A DNA stretch of 62,175 nucleotides, the filler included, from Pirum gemmata (taxonomy: Eukaryota): NCBI GenBank assembly GCA_002812295.1. It is 28 parts of 28 records of this genome, joined end to end, with 100 filler letters (N's around TTAATTAATTAA, not from the genome) between each part and the next. Parts side by side here need not be neighbours in the genome. Positions count along the whole stretch, not along the records: positions 1 to 2,026 come from PDIN01009022.1; positions 2,127 to 4,178 come from PDIN01009023.1; positions 4,279 to 7,626 come from PDIN01009024.1; positions 7,727 to 9,728 come from PDIN01009025.1; positions 9,829 to 11,827 come from PDIN01009026.1; 23 more parts are not named here. One strand, given 5' to 3'. Made by a program: the position numbers and the translations under genes. The notes under the pieces were generated by a model. That model had not been told where the DNA came from. It saw only the letters and a program-made list of their open reading frames with translations, and ran no database searches. Of the stretch, positions 1 to 11,316 are shown piece by piece. Every line of letters begins with the position of its first letter. Within the stretch, counting starts at the first letter, position 1.

Positions 1-105
1 ATAACCATAACCATAACCATAGCCATAACCATAACCATAAACCACAAACCATAAATAAAGGAATAAACTCTTTTAGTATTAAATATCAATTCAACTTCTT
101 TCCAT

Positions 106-642
106 TTGGGCAATATATATATATATATAGCTGATCATCCAATTAAACCACTTTTGAAAAAAATAAACTTAACACGAACCGAAAAACTGAAATTAAACAA
201 AGCGTTAGATGAGGCGAAAATGGGAACTGGACCTCATTTGACCGACGAAGAAATTAAAACTGGCGAGTTTATTTTAGAACTGGGGGCAAGCAAACGTAAG
301 AAACAAGCTTACATCGATTTTTACGGAGAAGATTGCGAATTTGATGTAACACCCAAAACAACCAAAAAGAAGACCAAACATTCTACAATTCAGCCGCCAC
401 ATTCTAAAAACCAAGCGAATGAAACTAAAAAAATTCAAAAGGAAAATGAAAAGGAAAATGAAAAGGAAAAGGAAAAGGAAAAGGAAAAGGAAAAGGAAAA
501 GGAAAAGGAAAAGCGAAAGAAAAAGGAAATAGACGAACGTTTAATGGAAGTTAACAAACTTGGCTTGGCTAAGGAGGTGACTCGGGCCAAAGAAAGAAAA
601 CAAACCTTAGCACCGAAATACGACATAGACATTTATGCATAA
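106..642 (+). CDS. Hypothetical Lys/Glu-rich protein or terminal exon, function unknown
   Basis: 178-codon open frame with protein-like sequence around a (GAAAAG)n KE repeat; the track start is TTG, so the true 5' end is unknown. Confidence 0.35.
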   Translation: MGNIYIYIADHPIKPLLKKINLTRTEKLKLNKALDEAKMGTGPHLTDEEIKTGEFILELGASKRKKQAYIDFYGEDCEFDVTPKTTKKKTKHSTIQPPHSKNQANETKKIQKENEKENEKEKEKEKEKEKEKEKEKRKKKEIDERLMEVNKLGLAKEVTRAKERKQTLAPKYDIDIYA

Positions 643-662
643 TTAAAGTACCCCGTGTGTAT

Positions 663-891
663 CAGGTTTCTCCCAATTCTGCTTTGTTTAAAAAATCGAG
701 TTTTCGAGCCTATGCATTAATTAAATAAGTTCGAAAATTTTAAGCTAACAGTAAGTATTCGAGTATATTTATTTATTTATAAACCCGAAAAAATGGAAAA
801 AATAATTTTCGAACAGGGCTGAATTTCGGCTTTTTTTTCGACAGCAGAAATTTGAGTTTTCGGGCTAGAGCATAATTCGGAGAGAGACTTG
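663..891 (+). mobile_element. MITE-like element, family A copy 1 (~230 bp)
   Basis: Imperfect TIR (TCTCCCAATTCTGCT ... AGCATAATTCGGAGAGA); near-identical reverse-complement copy at 11082-11316 on another contig. Confidence 0.8.
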
Positions 892-1324
892 ATGTGTATA
901 CTCTCTCCCTCTCCCTCTCGAGTCTAAGTGATCGACTCACTCGAATTTTTTGTTTGCATCACTATTTATAGAGATCAATGCGAATTATCCTCTCGAACCT
1001 AAGCGAATTATCCTCTCGAACCTAAGTAGTTCGACTCAGCTCGGCCCTACCTTATTTGGTATGTTTAATTACTTTAAAAAGACTTCGGATTTCTATATTA
1101 GGACTCTGTTTTAGCCTGGGGGTATATATGGAAATTCTTGTACTAATTAGGAAATCGCCAGGTATTAAAGTTAAAATTTTACACCGTATGTGAACCCTCT
1201 AGATCGTAAACCCAACAGTCACATTGCAATTTCCACTACTCAGAATAGGAATCTGAAAAAAACTATGAAACTACCATCGCCTACCTACCGTGCGAGTTCT
1301 CCTTTTTGAGTCTAAATGATGTCT

Positions 1325-1950
1325 TAGTTCGAACTTATACTGGTACTCGAACATAATATGGCTCTCGAGCCTAAATATCGAATCAGTTCGTACTTATTGT
1401 TTGCATCATCATTTAAATACGGGAAACCTTGCGAATTTCCTCTCGAACCTGGGTAACATCTAGTTGGAACTTTTACTACTCTCTCGAACCAGTCGTGGCT
1501 CTCTCGAGCCTAAGTAATTGAATAAGCTGGAAATACGATATCAACTTATACTGGTACTCGAGCATACCGAGCCTTAAATATTCAGACCAGTGCGTACTTA
1601 TTGTTTGTATCACCGTTTAAAAATATGGGAAACCTTTCGAATCTACTCTAGCTAGAGCCTGGGTAACATCTATTTTGAACTTATACTGATGCTCGAACCA
1701 TGCCGTGGCTCTCTCGAACCCTAAGCGATTGATTAAGCTCGAAATACGATATCAACTTATATTGTTACTTGAACATACCGAGCCTTGAATATTCGAATCG
1801 ATGCGTACTTATTGTTTGCATCACCATTTAAGAATATGGGAAACCTTTCGAATCTACTCTAGCTAGAGCCTGGGTAACATCTAGTTCGAACTTCTACTGA
1901 TGCTCGAACCATGTCGTGGCTCTCTGGACCCTAAGCGATTGATTCAGCTC
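1325..1950. repeat. Degenerate tandem repeat, ~210-bp unit, ~3 copies
   Basis: GAAATACGATATCAACTTAT at ~1530 and 1741; GGGAAACCTT...CCTGGGTAACATCTA at ~1421, ~1628, ~1838. Confidence 0.85.
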
Positions 1951-2026
1951 GTATTTGTATGGGTGTGGATGATGCTCACAGAGTTGGTGTCGGAAATGTT
2001 TATTTCACGATTGAATCAAAGAAATA

Positions 2027-2126
2027 NNNNNNNNNNNNNNNNNNNNNNNNNNNNNNNNNNNNNNNNNNNNTTAATTAATTAANNNNNNNNNNNNNNNNNN
2101 NNNNNNNNNNNNNNNNNNNNNNNNNN
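2027..2126. other. Artificial contig-joining spacer N44-TTAATTAATTAA-N44 (first of ~28, recurring about every 2 kb up to 60073-60172)
   Basis: Identical 12-mer with stops in all six frames, centred in a 100-bp N run and repeated throughout; contigs mostly break at microsatellites or homopolymers. Confidence 0.98.
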
Positions 2127-2646
2127 ATATAATAATAAATAATAATAATAATTGCCATTATAGTCAAGGTTAGGGTTATTGGTTAGGTTAGGGTTGCAGA
2201 CCATAGCAAAAGTTGAGAAATCGTCTAACTAATAAAACTCTATTATGAACCAATGACTTGTTTTTAAAAATAATTTGGCTAGTTAGCATCATTAAAATGT
2301 TGACAATTATGTTGTTATACATGTTATAGTTATGTTGCAGTGCGTGCTAGAAACACTTTGCATTTTTTTTTAAAAAAAAAAAATATATATATATTTAAAA
2401 AAAATAATTTAAAAAAAAATGAATAATACTAATTATATTTATCTATTAAAAATAATAAAAGGGTTCCAGTGTTCCTAAAAGAAAGAGCAAAGATTTTTTC
2501 TACAACAAATAAAATATTAATATTATATATAACAAAGACATTTTTGATTTTTAATTATGAATATTTTTGGATTCTTGAGGGGAGGGGTAGTAGGGGTATC
2601 GGTGGGATTGTAGATTAATAAGTATAGTGCCATACAAATTAACTAT

Positions 2647-2775
2647 ACACTTTTCAGCTAAATATTTAGTTCAGTCCGGACTGAATATAGTCCCGGTCCC
2701 GAAGATAATGAAGTGGAAGAAGAACACAAAGAAGGCCATATTCAGTCCGGGCTGAATATTTAGTCGAAAAGGTGT
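2647..2775. mobile_element. ~130-bp MITE-like element with ~40-bp imperfect TIRs, each containing an internal palindrome
   Basis: ACACTTTTCAGCTAAATATT...TTCAGTCCGGACTGAATAT versus ATATTCAGTCCGGGCTGAATATTTAGTCGAAAAGGTGT. Confidence 0.65.
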
Positions 2776-2968
2776 CTATATTATATACCAATAGTACTAG
2801 TTGTATTGTGGGTTGTGTATATTAATAATTAAACCGAATTAATGTTATAATTATGCTGCAGTATTATAATATGTTAATTAATTAATATTGTCTTAATAAG
2901 AGTATTATTAATATTGTTACAAATTGTGATAAATATATAATATGTAGACCCTTTTTGTAACAAATGTG

Positions 2969-3021
2969 AAAATGTGCTAATACTGGCACTTTTGACAAAA
3001 GTGCCAGTATTCGCACATTTT
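2969..3021. repeat. 26-bp-arm inverted repeat with 1-nt spacer
   Basis: AAAATGTGCTAATACTGGCACTTTTG-A-CAAAAGTGCCAGTATTCGCACATTTT, one mismatch. Confidence 0.9.
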
Positions 3022-3861
3022 GTCATTTTTTCACATACACATGGATCTAGTATGGATCTCGCTTTTTTCGGTAGCCGGTAGTATTACTAGCTAGTAAGTT
3101 CCTGTAGACTAGTACTACAGTCTACAGAGCTACTAGCTAGTACAGTTGTACTAGCTGTTGTACTACGACTTATGAGTGTTTTGGCTGGATTCTTTGCATT
3201 GCTGTGGGGCAGTTTATTAGTCCGAATTCTTTTAGCTCACAGTTACAAATACCATGGTACCTAAAAAAGGTATTTATACAATTTATACCAGACAGAAAAG
3301 CGGTTTGGTAAACTATACGGATTATATGGATTATCCTATTGGCTATTGCTAGAGCTTAAATTATGATATGATAATATAAAAAAATTTTTTTTAATTATTC
3401 AGCTCCACTCAGTAATTGGTTATATTTAATTTCATTTCAAAAGCTGTTGGTAAACTGTTGGTAACTAGTAAAGAATAATAATTATTTATAAATTTATTTA
3501 TAAATATGATATTACTGTTATCATCTTTTTACAGTCGTCCTCGTCAATCTTTTTAAAATTGAACTTGTTTATAAAATACAATATTTTTTAAGTACAAAAT
3601 ACCAAATTAATTAAAATACGATGTGTCTATTAGGTAAAGAGGATAACCCTAGGAGGATAACCATAATTTGCTGAGTCATAAGACTCACAACAAAAAAGAT
3701 TGATTATTATGTTAGTTTATAGACTAAATAGGACTAAATAGGCGAGTCTTCAGAAATGATCTACTATCATAGCAGAAATGATATTTATAACTCCAGTGAC
3801 TACTCGGTGTCAGTGTCACATATAACATTAATGACATTCCCGTATAGACTATAATAATAAT

Positions 3862-3892
<31 letters not shown>

Positions 3893-4278
3893 GTTTATTT
3901 TTTTTTTTTTTTTTTTATATAAATTATTTTTTTATTTTTTATTTTTATGGTGCATTACACCTATGACCAACTTTTGGGTGATTTTCAACGAAATATCCCT
4001 AAACAAAAGTGTTTTTTGGGGCAAATTAAAAAACATTTTAATTAAGGGTAGACCAAAACCTTAAAAATTTTACCCAAAATTAATTATAAAATCGATCACG
4101 ATAAAATCTTTAGCTCAAAAGAAAAGGATTGAACTTTGATGGCACCCACCCCCACCAAAAAAAAAAAAAAAAAAAAAANNNNNNNNNNNNNNNNNNNNNN
4201 NNNNNNNNNNNNNNNNNNNNNNTTAATTAATTAANNNNNNNNNNNNNNNNNNNNNNNNNNNNNNNNNNNNNNNNNNNN

Positions 4279-4342
4279 CTTAACCTTAACCTTAACCCTA
4301 ACCTTAACCTTAACCCTAACCCTAACCCTAACCCTAACCCTA
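4279..4342. repeat. Telomere-like (CCCTAA/CCTTAA)n
   Basis: Direct reading. Confidence 0.9.
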
Positions 4343-4492
4343 AAATTAAATTATGATAGAATCAGAAATGTTATTTATGGAAATGTTGAGGTCTTTGTCA
4401 TAGTTTATCGTATTAGGATTAGGGTTAGGAATAGGATTTGCATGTTCGCAAATATTCAAGAGAGAGTGAACATTATGGACTTTTTTTCAAGT

Positions 4493-4570
4493 TTAGGGGT
4501 TAGGGGTTAGGGGTTAGGGGTTAGGGGTTAGGGGTTAGGGGTTAGGGGTTAGAGTTAGAGTAATTAGGGT
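4493..4570. repeat. Telomere-like heptamer variant (TTAGGGG)n
   Basis: Direct reading. Confidence 0.9.
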
Positions 4571-5652
4571 TTTTAGCTTTTTTAGAAAATAAAAAAACTT
4601 TGAACTTTGAATCTTCTCAAGTTTTTTTTCACTACAATATTCGAGCTTTTTGCTTGAATAGTCTAACTAATGTTACAATAGAAGCTCGAAAATATGCAAT
4701 TTTTTGCTATGGCACGCATCATAGGCAACTTTTGGGGGAAACCTAACACATTTGCATTCCATTTTTGTACAGCGTATTGTATGTATGGCTATATTCAAAA
4801 GCTAGAAATGAAAAAGTGATGTTATCGAATCAAGCTCTTTTTTAGTTTCTTTATTTATTTTTTATTCTCTTTTGGAAATTATAGTAGAAAAAAAAAAGAA
4901 GAAAAAAACAGTATGATATCATACAAAACCTGACAAAAACTGTCTTTATTTTTTATTTATTTTTTTTAAAAAAAGCTGCTAGGACAAAAGCTCGACAAAA
5001 GCTCGAAACTCGATACAATTTCTTCTCAATTTATGAAAATTATGTAGTTTTATTACCATCATACTATGATAGCTAGCTATGTTAGGACTTGTAGCTAGCT
5101 AGTAGCTCTAGTAGTAGGACTGTTAGGACTCTGAATAAGTCTGCATACAATGTCATACATAGTACAGTCATAGTACTATAGAAACAAAACAAAACAAAAC
5201 ACGAAACAAAAAAAAAACCAAAAAAAAAAACGAGAAAAAAATAAAATAAAGGGAAAAAGGAAAAAAGTAAAAAAAAAAGGGGGGGGGAAGAAAGATAGAT
5301 GCCCGTGGGGGGCCAATTATTAGACCATTAGAGCCACAGTACCTTATTTTGGGTGGAGTTTTTCCTCGGTTATTTATTGGGCGAAAGCATTTTTTTTGTT
5401 TTAGAAAAAAAAACAATTTATTGGGAGATATGATACATGAGATACATAAAGTAACATAATCGAATCAAACACCTCAATCCTAATTATTAAATAGTGGCAA
5501 TTTTGAAATGATTCATTTTTTTTTTTTTCGAGANNNNNNNNNNNNNNNNNNNNNNNNNNNNNNNNNNNNNNNNNNNNNNNNNNNNNNNNNNNNNNNNNNN
5601 NNNNNNNNNNNNNNNNNNNNNNNNNNNNNNNNNNNNNNNNNNNNNNNNNNNN

Positions 5653-5688
<36 letters not shown>

Positions 5689-6170
5689 TACGACTACGAC
5701 TACGACGACTACTACTACTACTATTATTATTATTATTATTATTATTAGCAATAGTGTTATACAATAAATAATATTGCTTTCATTATTTTTTTATTATATT
5801 ATTTTTAAAATGAGGCATTGTAATAATATTTTATTTAATTTTATTTTATTTTTTGTTTTACTTAATTTTATTTTTAATTTTACTTTTATGTCTATATTTA
5901 TTATTCTTTGTTCATTCCACTGTTTATTTCTATAAGCTAAAAATAACATTAAAAAAACCTTAAGGCATGTACAGCATTTGGGAGTCATTCAAGTGACCTT
6001 TATCACCTCCCGACAAAAATTGTAATACATGATCCCTGGAAAAAGAAGAAGAATAACAAATTGTGTTTCGTTTGGCTGGCATTCTGTTGAAAGGATTTTG
6101 TTGTTGTTGTTGCGTGTGTTGTTGTTGTTGTTCTGGGTGTTGTTGGTTTTGTTGGGGTTGTTGGTATTGG

Positions 6171-6204
<34 letters not shown>

Positions 6205-6293
6205 GGTGTTGGTGTTGGTGCTGGTGCTGGTGCTGGTGCTGGTGTTGTTGGTGTTGTTGGTGTTGTTGGTGTTGTTGGTGTTGTTGTTCGTGC

Positions 6294-6352
<59 letters not shown>

Positions 6353-6354
<2 letters not shown>

Positions 6355-7576
6355 ACATTTGTATTAGCCTTTGTTTATGAATTTCAGCTTGTTGTGGCTG
6401 TTGTTGTGGTAATTGTAATTGTTGTTGTTCTTGCGGTTGCGGTTGCGGTCGTATATGTGGCTGCTGTTCACCAGTTGATTGTTGCTGTTGCCCATTGTTA
6501 TATTGTTGGTACTGATGTTGTTGCTGTGATGGTTGTGCTTGAGCTCCTTGTCGATGTGGTTGTGGTTGTTGCATCATTTGTAAAACGGAATTGTCGCTAA
6601 CTAATGATAAAGGTTGAGTTGAAATATTATCACCGTACATAGTAGAATGACCTTCCAAAACTGATAAACTGTTGCGCTGTTGTCGTCTAGATAAGAATTC
6701 GTATTCACGAGTCTGATTTAATTTTTGTTGAAAATACATTTCATTCACAGTTCCTTGAGGTTCGTAGTGTTGTTGTTGTTGTTGTGGATGTTGTAACATC
6801 ATTTTCATCTGCTGTTGGGACATTTGCTGCTGTTGTTGTGGCTGTTGTTGTAGTTGCTGTTGTGGTTGCTGTGGTTGTGGTTGTGGTTGTGGTTGTGGTT
6901 GTGATTGTGGTTGTGATTGTGGCTGTGGTTGTTGTTGTGATTGTGGCTGCGGCTGTGGCTGTTGCTGTGGCTGTGGTTGTTGCTGTCGTTGTTGTTGTTG
7001 TTGCTGTGGTTGTTGTGGTTGTAGTGGTTGTTGTGGTTGTAGTGGTGGTTGTTGTGGTTGTGGTTGTGGTTGTGGTTGTGGTTGTGGTTGTGGTTGTGGT
7101 TGTTGGGCATATTGAAATATGTTTGGGGTTGAAGGCTTTTTGGGGGACAGAGGAACCATGGTCCTTTTTTGAACGCAATCGGAGGTACTTTTACGACGAT
7201 AAGAATGTTTTAATCGAATATGATTTCTCAAAGAGTTTTCGGTCGAATAAAAACGGCCACAATGGTAACTACAAGGGATATCTTTTTTCAGATCTCGCCT
7301 TTTATTAGGGGATTCCTTGGAACTATCGGATTTATCAGCATCCATTTTGTTATCCTCCTTTTTTTCAGATAGTTGTTCCTCTTCACTTTCGGAAGAAATT
7401 TCTTCGCTTTCGTCATTGTTGAGGCTAAGTTTTTTTACATTACTTTCGAGAATGACAATAGTGGCGTTGGCTTCCGGATTGTTATTGTTATTGTGTTGTA
7501 ATTGTAAGGAAGCCGGCTTTTTAATGCGATTATTAGTAACGAAAGGACTGGTAGTGATGGTGGTGGTGGACAACAT
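6353..7576 (-). CDS. C2H2 zinc-finger protein with long Q/P-rich region (probable transcription factor)
   Basis: 407-aa ATG ORF; CSYHCGRFYSTENSLRNHIRLKH fits Cx3Cx12Hx4H; poly-Q/QP C-terminus. Confidence 0.85.
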
Positions 7577-7595
7577 TTTTAATTTTTAATTTTTA

Positions 7596-7626
<31 letters not shown>

Positions 7627-8106
7627 NNNNNNNNNNNNNNNNNNNNNNNNNNNNNNNNNNNNNNNNNNNNTTAATTAATTAANNNNNNNNNNNNNNNNNN
7701 NNNNNNNNNNNNNNNNNNNNNNNNNNAAAACCTAAAACCTAAATTCTATAACTTTTACCTCTTCCCCAATTTCAAGGTCTTTGTTGGCAACCAAGTACAT
7801 GCCAAGTTTCTCTGACTGACATAATTTAATATTTGGGTAGAGCTCATTTACTTTATTTGCTATCAGCATCGCAGGCTGAACATTAGTCATATGAAGATTA
7901 GTCATATTTTTTTAACGAAATTTATATTCTTTTTTTTTTATTGCAGACCTAAAAACTTTTTTTAATTATATAGAGGGTTAGAGTTAGGGTTTACAAGGTT
8001 AGTTAGGTACTGTTAGATGAAAATGGTGGGGTTAGTCTACCACCCGTCTCTGTCACTAGTTCACTGTTAGGGTTAGGAATGAGTTAGGGTTTAATAGAAC
8101 TCAGGA

Positions 8107-8296
8107 GTGGATTAGGTTTATTAGTGGCTTCAGGGTTAGGGTTAGGGAAAAAATAAAATAAAATTAAATAAAATAAAGTTAGTTATTTAGTTGTCAGTGT
8201 TAGAAGTGGATTAGGTTTATTAGTGGCTTCAGGGTTAGGGTTAGGGAAAAAATAAAATAAAATAAAATAAAATAAAGTTAGTTATTTAGTTGTCAG
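8107..8296. repeat. Two-copy ~100-bp tandem duplication containing TTAGGG units
   Basis: GTGGATTAGGTTTATTAGTGGCTTCAGGGTTAGGGTTAGGG...TTAGTTGTCAG at ~8107 and ~8206. Confidence 0.9.
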
Positions 8297-8324
8297 AGAA
8301 AGAAAAATTTATTATTATATTTTA

Positions 8325-8358
<34 letters not shown>

Positions 8359-8934
8359 TCTATTATTATATATTATATTATACAATATATTATTATTCAT
8401 ATTATTATAAATTATTATTATTATATTATATCAGTGATACGTTGGTAGCGCACATGCATAGCAGCATACGTGTATGGTACAGTGTGCAGTTCACTATGCA
8501 CACTACCACGGTTTTGGCTTTCACCTTTGAAACTAGCTATCGATACTACTAGCTAGCTAGACCCCCCTAGCTAGCTAGCAGCTATCAGATTATGATAGTA
8601 GACTATAGTCCTTAGTAGAAAAGAATTTCAGGGACTGGGCATGGCAAAAGTATGGTAAAAGTATGGCAAAGCCAGCCGAAAAATTGAGTGCGAAAAATTG
8701 AATAATAATTATGTAAAACAGTCTACTACAGTTCTCTAGCTAGCTGTAGCTACTAGTAGTAGAGTCTGTACTCTGTAGCTACTAGCTAGCTAGCTAGGAG
8801 TCTGTAGAGACTGTCTGCTGGAAGCTGCTACCCGGCCCCTTGTTTGTGTAACGTCAGTAAAGTTTTAGAGGTGTTTTAGTAGTCTACAGTTACTTTACAC
8901 AATAAGACGTATTATTCTGATACCAGCACTGACC

Positions 8935-9320
8935 AACCTAACCCTAACCCTAACTCTAACCCTAACTCTAACCCTAACTCTAACCCTAACTCTAACTGTA
9001 ACTCTAACCCTAACCCTAACCATAACCCTAACTCTAAACTCTACCCTAACCCCAACTCTAACCCTAACCCTAACCCTAACTCTACCCCTAACCCTAACTC
9101 TAACCCTAACCCTAACTCTAACTCTAACTAACCCTAACCCTAACCCTAACCCTAACCCTACCCCTAACCCTAACCCTACCCTAGCCCTAACTCTAACTCT
9201 AACCCTAACCCTAACTAACCCTAGCCCTAACTCTAACCCTAACCCTAACCCTAACCCTAACGCTAGCCCTAACCCTAACCCTAACCCTAACCCTAACCCT
9301 AATTACCACTCCTAACCCAT
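8935..9320. repeat. Interstitial telomeric array (CCCTAA)n with CTCTAA variants
   Basis: Direct reading; unique sequence on both sides. Confidence 0.95.
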
Positions 9321-9340
9321 GCTTTACTGTCTACAGACTC

Positions 9341-9495
9341 TGTCGTGTTGTCTAGTTCAAAAACTGAAATAAACATGCCTTACATCAGACATCAGACATG
9401 TTTTAGTTATTTGGTATTTTATATTTAATATTATATTTTATAAAAAAGTTCAATTTTATACTTAAACAGTACCAAATTAAAAATTGGGAGGACAG
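9341..9495 (+). mobile_element. Dispersed repeat family B (~155 bp, probable non-autonomous element)
   Basis: GTCTAGTTCAAAAACTGAAATAAACAT...AAGTTCAATT...ACCAAATTAAA; copies at 25768-25928 (+), 27760-27927 (-), 16313-16465 (-), partial 3533-3628 (-). Confidence 0.75.
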
Positions 9496-10355
9496 TTAGC
9501 TATATAATGATACATAGATCTAGAACTTTTTGAATCCAAACATTAAAAAAAATTATAAAACGGTTTAAACCCTACCCGAAAGTCAACCTACTCACTTTAA
9601 ACTCCGGATTTAGATATATAGGGGATCTGTATAAAGCTCAAAAGAAAAAGGTTTGATACGTTTCGAAAAATAAATGTTTTCGAATTTTTTTTTTTTTTAT
9701 TTATGTAGTTTTCGCACATCGTTCTCAGNNNNNNNNNNNNNNNNNNNNNNNNNNNNNNNNNNNNNNNNNNNNTTAATTAATTAANNNNNNNNNNNNNNNN
9801 NNNNNNNNNNNNNNNNNNNNNNNNNNNNAATATACCAAATTAAATGAAATGGATTTATATTGTATTAAATTGGGTCTCTTTATTATATTGTATGTTTTAT
9901 GATGACAAAACAATATATATACCTATAGATATCAGGACTGATATCAGAACACAACAGCAATAACAACAACAGCAATAACAACAACAGCAATAACAATAAT
10001 TAATAATAATAATAATAATATTAATAATATTTTTTTTATGTATTTTAATACCAGGTGAAGCTGTGGCTTGTATTGCTGGTAACAATTTTTTAATAAACGA
10101 ATTCGAAGCTTTTAAGGATATCAGATTCTACACAATAGAATTGTATTCTTTTCTTTAAATAATATCAATATTATCAATAATACATGTTGGTATTGATATT
10201 GGTGTTAGTGTTGGTATTAGTGTCAGTGTTGGTGTTAGTTTTGAAGGCTGTTTCTATGATACCACTTACCCTTCTAGCAGCTAGCTAGCCACTAACTAAT
10301 TGCATAGAAATTTGCTGCAGTAGAAAATTTAGAAATTTGCACTCAAACAATATAC

Positions 10356-10760
10356 ATGTGACCATAACGACAATTGTTTCCTTGTAGTTTTATGTAAACC
10401 ATCTTTCATTAACATTTGTTTTGTATTTAATTTAGGTGCAATAATTACTTTATTGTTTTTACATAACCAATTTGCTAGTTTATAGTGAGCATCTTTGATT
10501 TTATTAGACACTTTAGTAAACTTAACATTAATTAGTTTCTTTATTTTTTTGTAATAATCTTTATATTTATTTTTTAATTTTTCTATATATTTTTTAATAT
10601 TTAATAATGGTTTTAATTGGTTACTAGAACCAATATCGTACACAATACCAGTATCTATTTGTAATTTTGTACCCTAGTTTGAAAAGTACGAGATCCAATG
10701 AAATAATATGATCATTAATTCTTTGTTTTGATTGAATATTTTCAGTTGTTATTATTTTGT
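10356..10760 (-). pseudogene. Decayed Fanzor2/IS607-TnpB-like RuvC nuclease fragment
   Basis: HIISLD-[deletion/frameshift]-RTFQT resembles the RuvC-I motif (LDPGxRTFxT), followed by KIKDAHYKLANWLCKNNKVIIAPKLNTKQML and KTTRKQLSLWSH; truncated before the rearranged Glu, zinc finger and RuvC-III. Confidence 0.8.
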
Positions 10761-11081
10761 ATTTTTTTAATGACCTATCAATAACAAGAACAATAACAAT
10801 AACAATATATTTTTAAAACAATAACAATATTAAAAAATAACAATAACAATACCAATTAATAACATTAACAATAACAATAACAATAACAATAACTATAATT
10901 ATAACTACATATTGTAACAATAACAATAACAATAATTTATAACAATTAATAACTATAACAATAACAATACCGCAGATGCTGTGCATTAACCAATATGATT
11001 TTCAGCTAATAAATGAACCCAAACTTCCTCTCTTATTTTTGTTTGGCTCTTTTTTCTGTAGCAATATCATACAAGTAATAA

Positions 11082-11316
11082 AAGCCTCTCCCAATTCTGC
11101 TCGAGCCCGAAAATTCGAATTTCTGCTGCCGAAAAAAAAAAGCCAAAATTCAACCCTGTTCGAAAATTATTTTTCCATTTTTTCGGGTTTATAAATAAAT
11201 AAATATACTTGAATACTTCAACTGTTAGCTTAAAATTTTCGAACTTATTTAATTTATGCATAGGCTCGAAAACTCGAATTGTTTTAAAAACAAAGCAGAA
11301 TTGGTGGGAGAAGTCT
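11082..11316 (-). mobile_element. MITE-like element, family A copy 2
   Basis: Reverse-complement match to 663-891; ends CTCTCCCAATTCTGCT / AGCAGAATTGGTGGGAGAAG. Confidence 0.8.

Noticed and set aside
1325..1950. Repeat-spacer array
   Set aside because: Whole units are duplicated, with no unique spacers
2071..2082. Regularly spaced TTAATTAATTAA motif as a biological repeat
   Set aside because: Always centred in a 100-bp N block and gives stops in all six frames; it is an assembly linker, and ORFs ending in 'LIN' are artefacts of it
6029..7308. Poly-L/V/C/T ORFs overlapping the zinc-finger gene
   Set aside because: Antisense or off-frame readings of (CAA)n tracts
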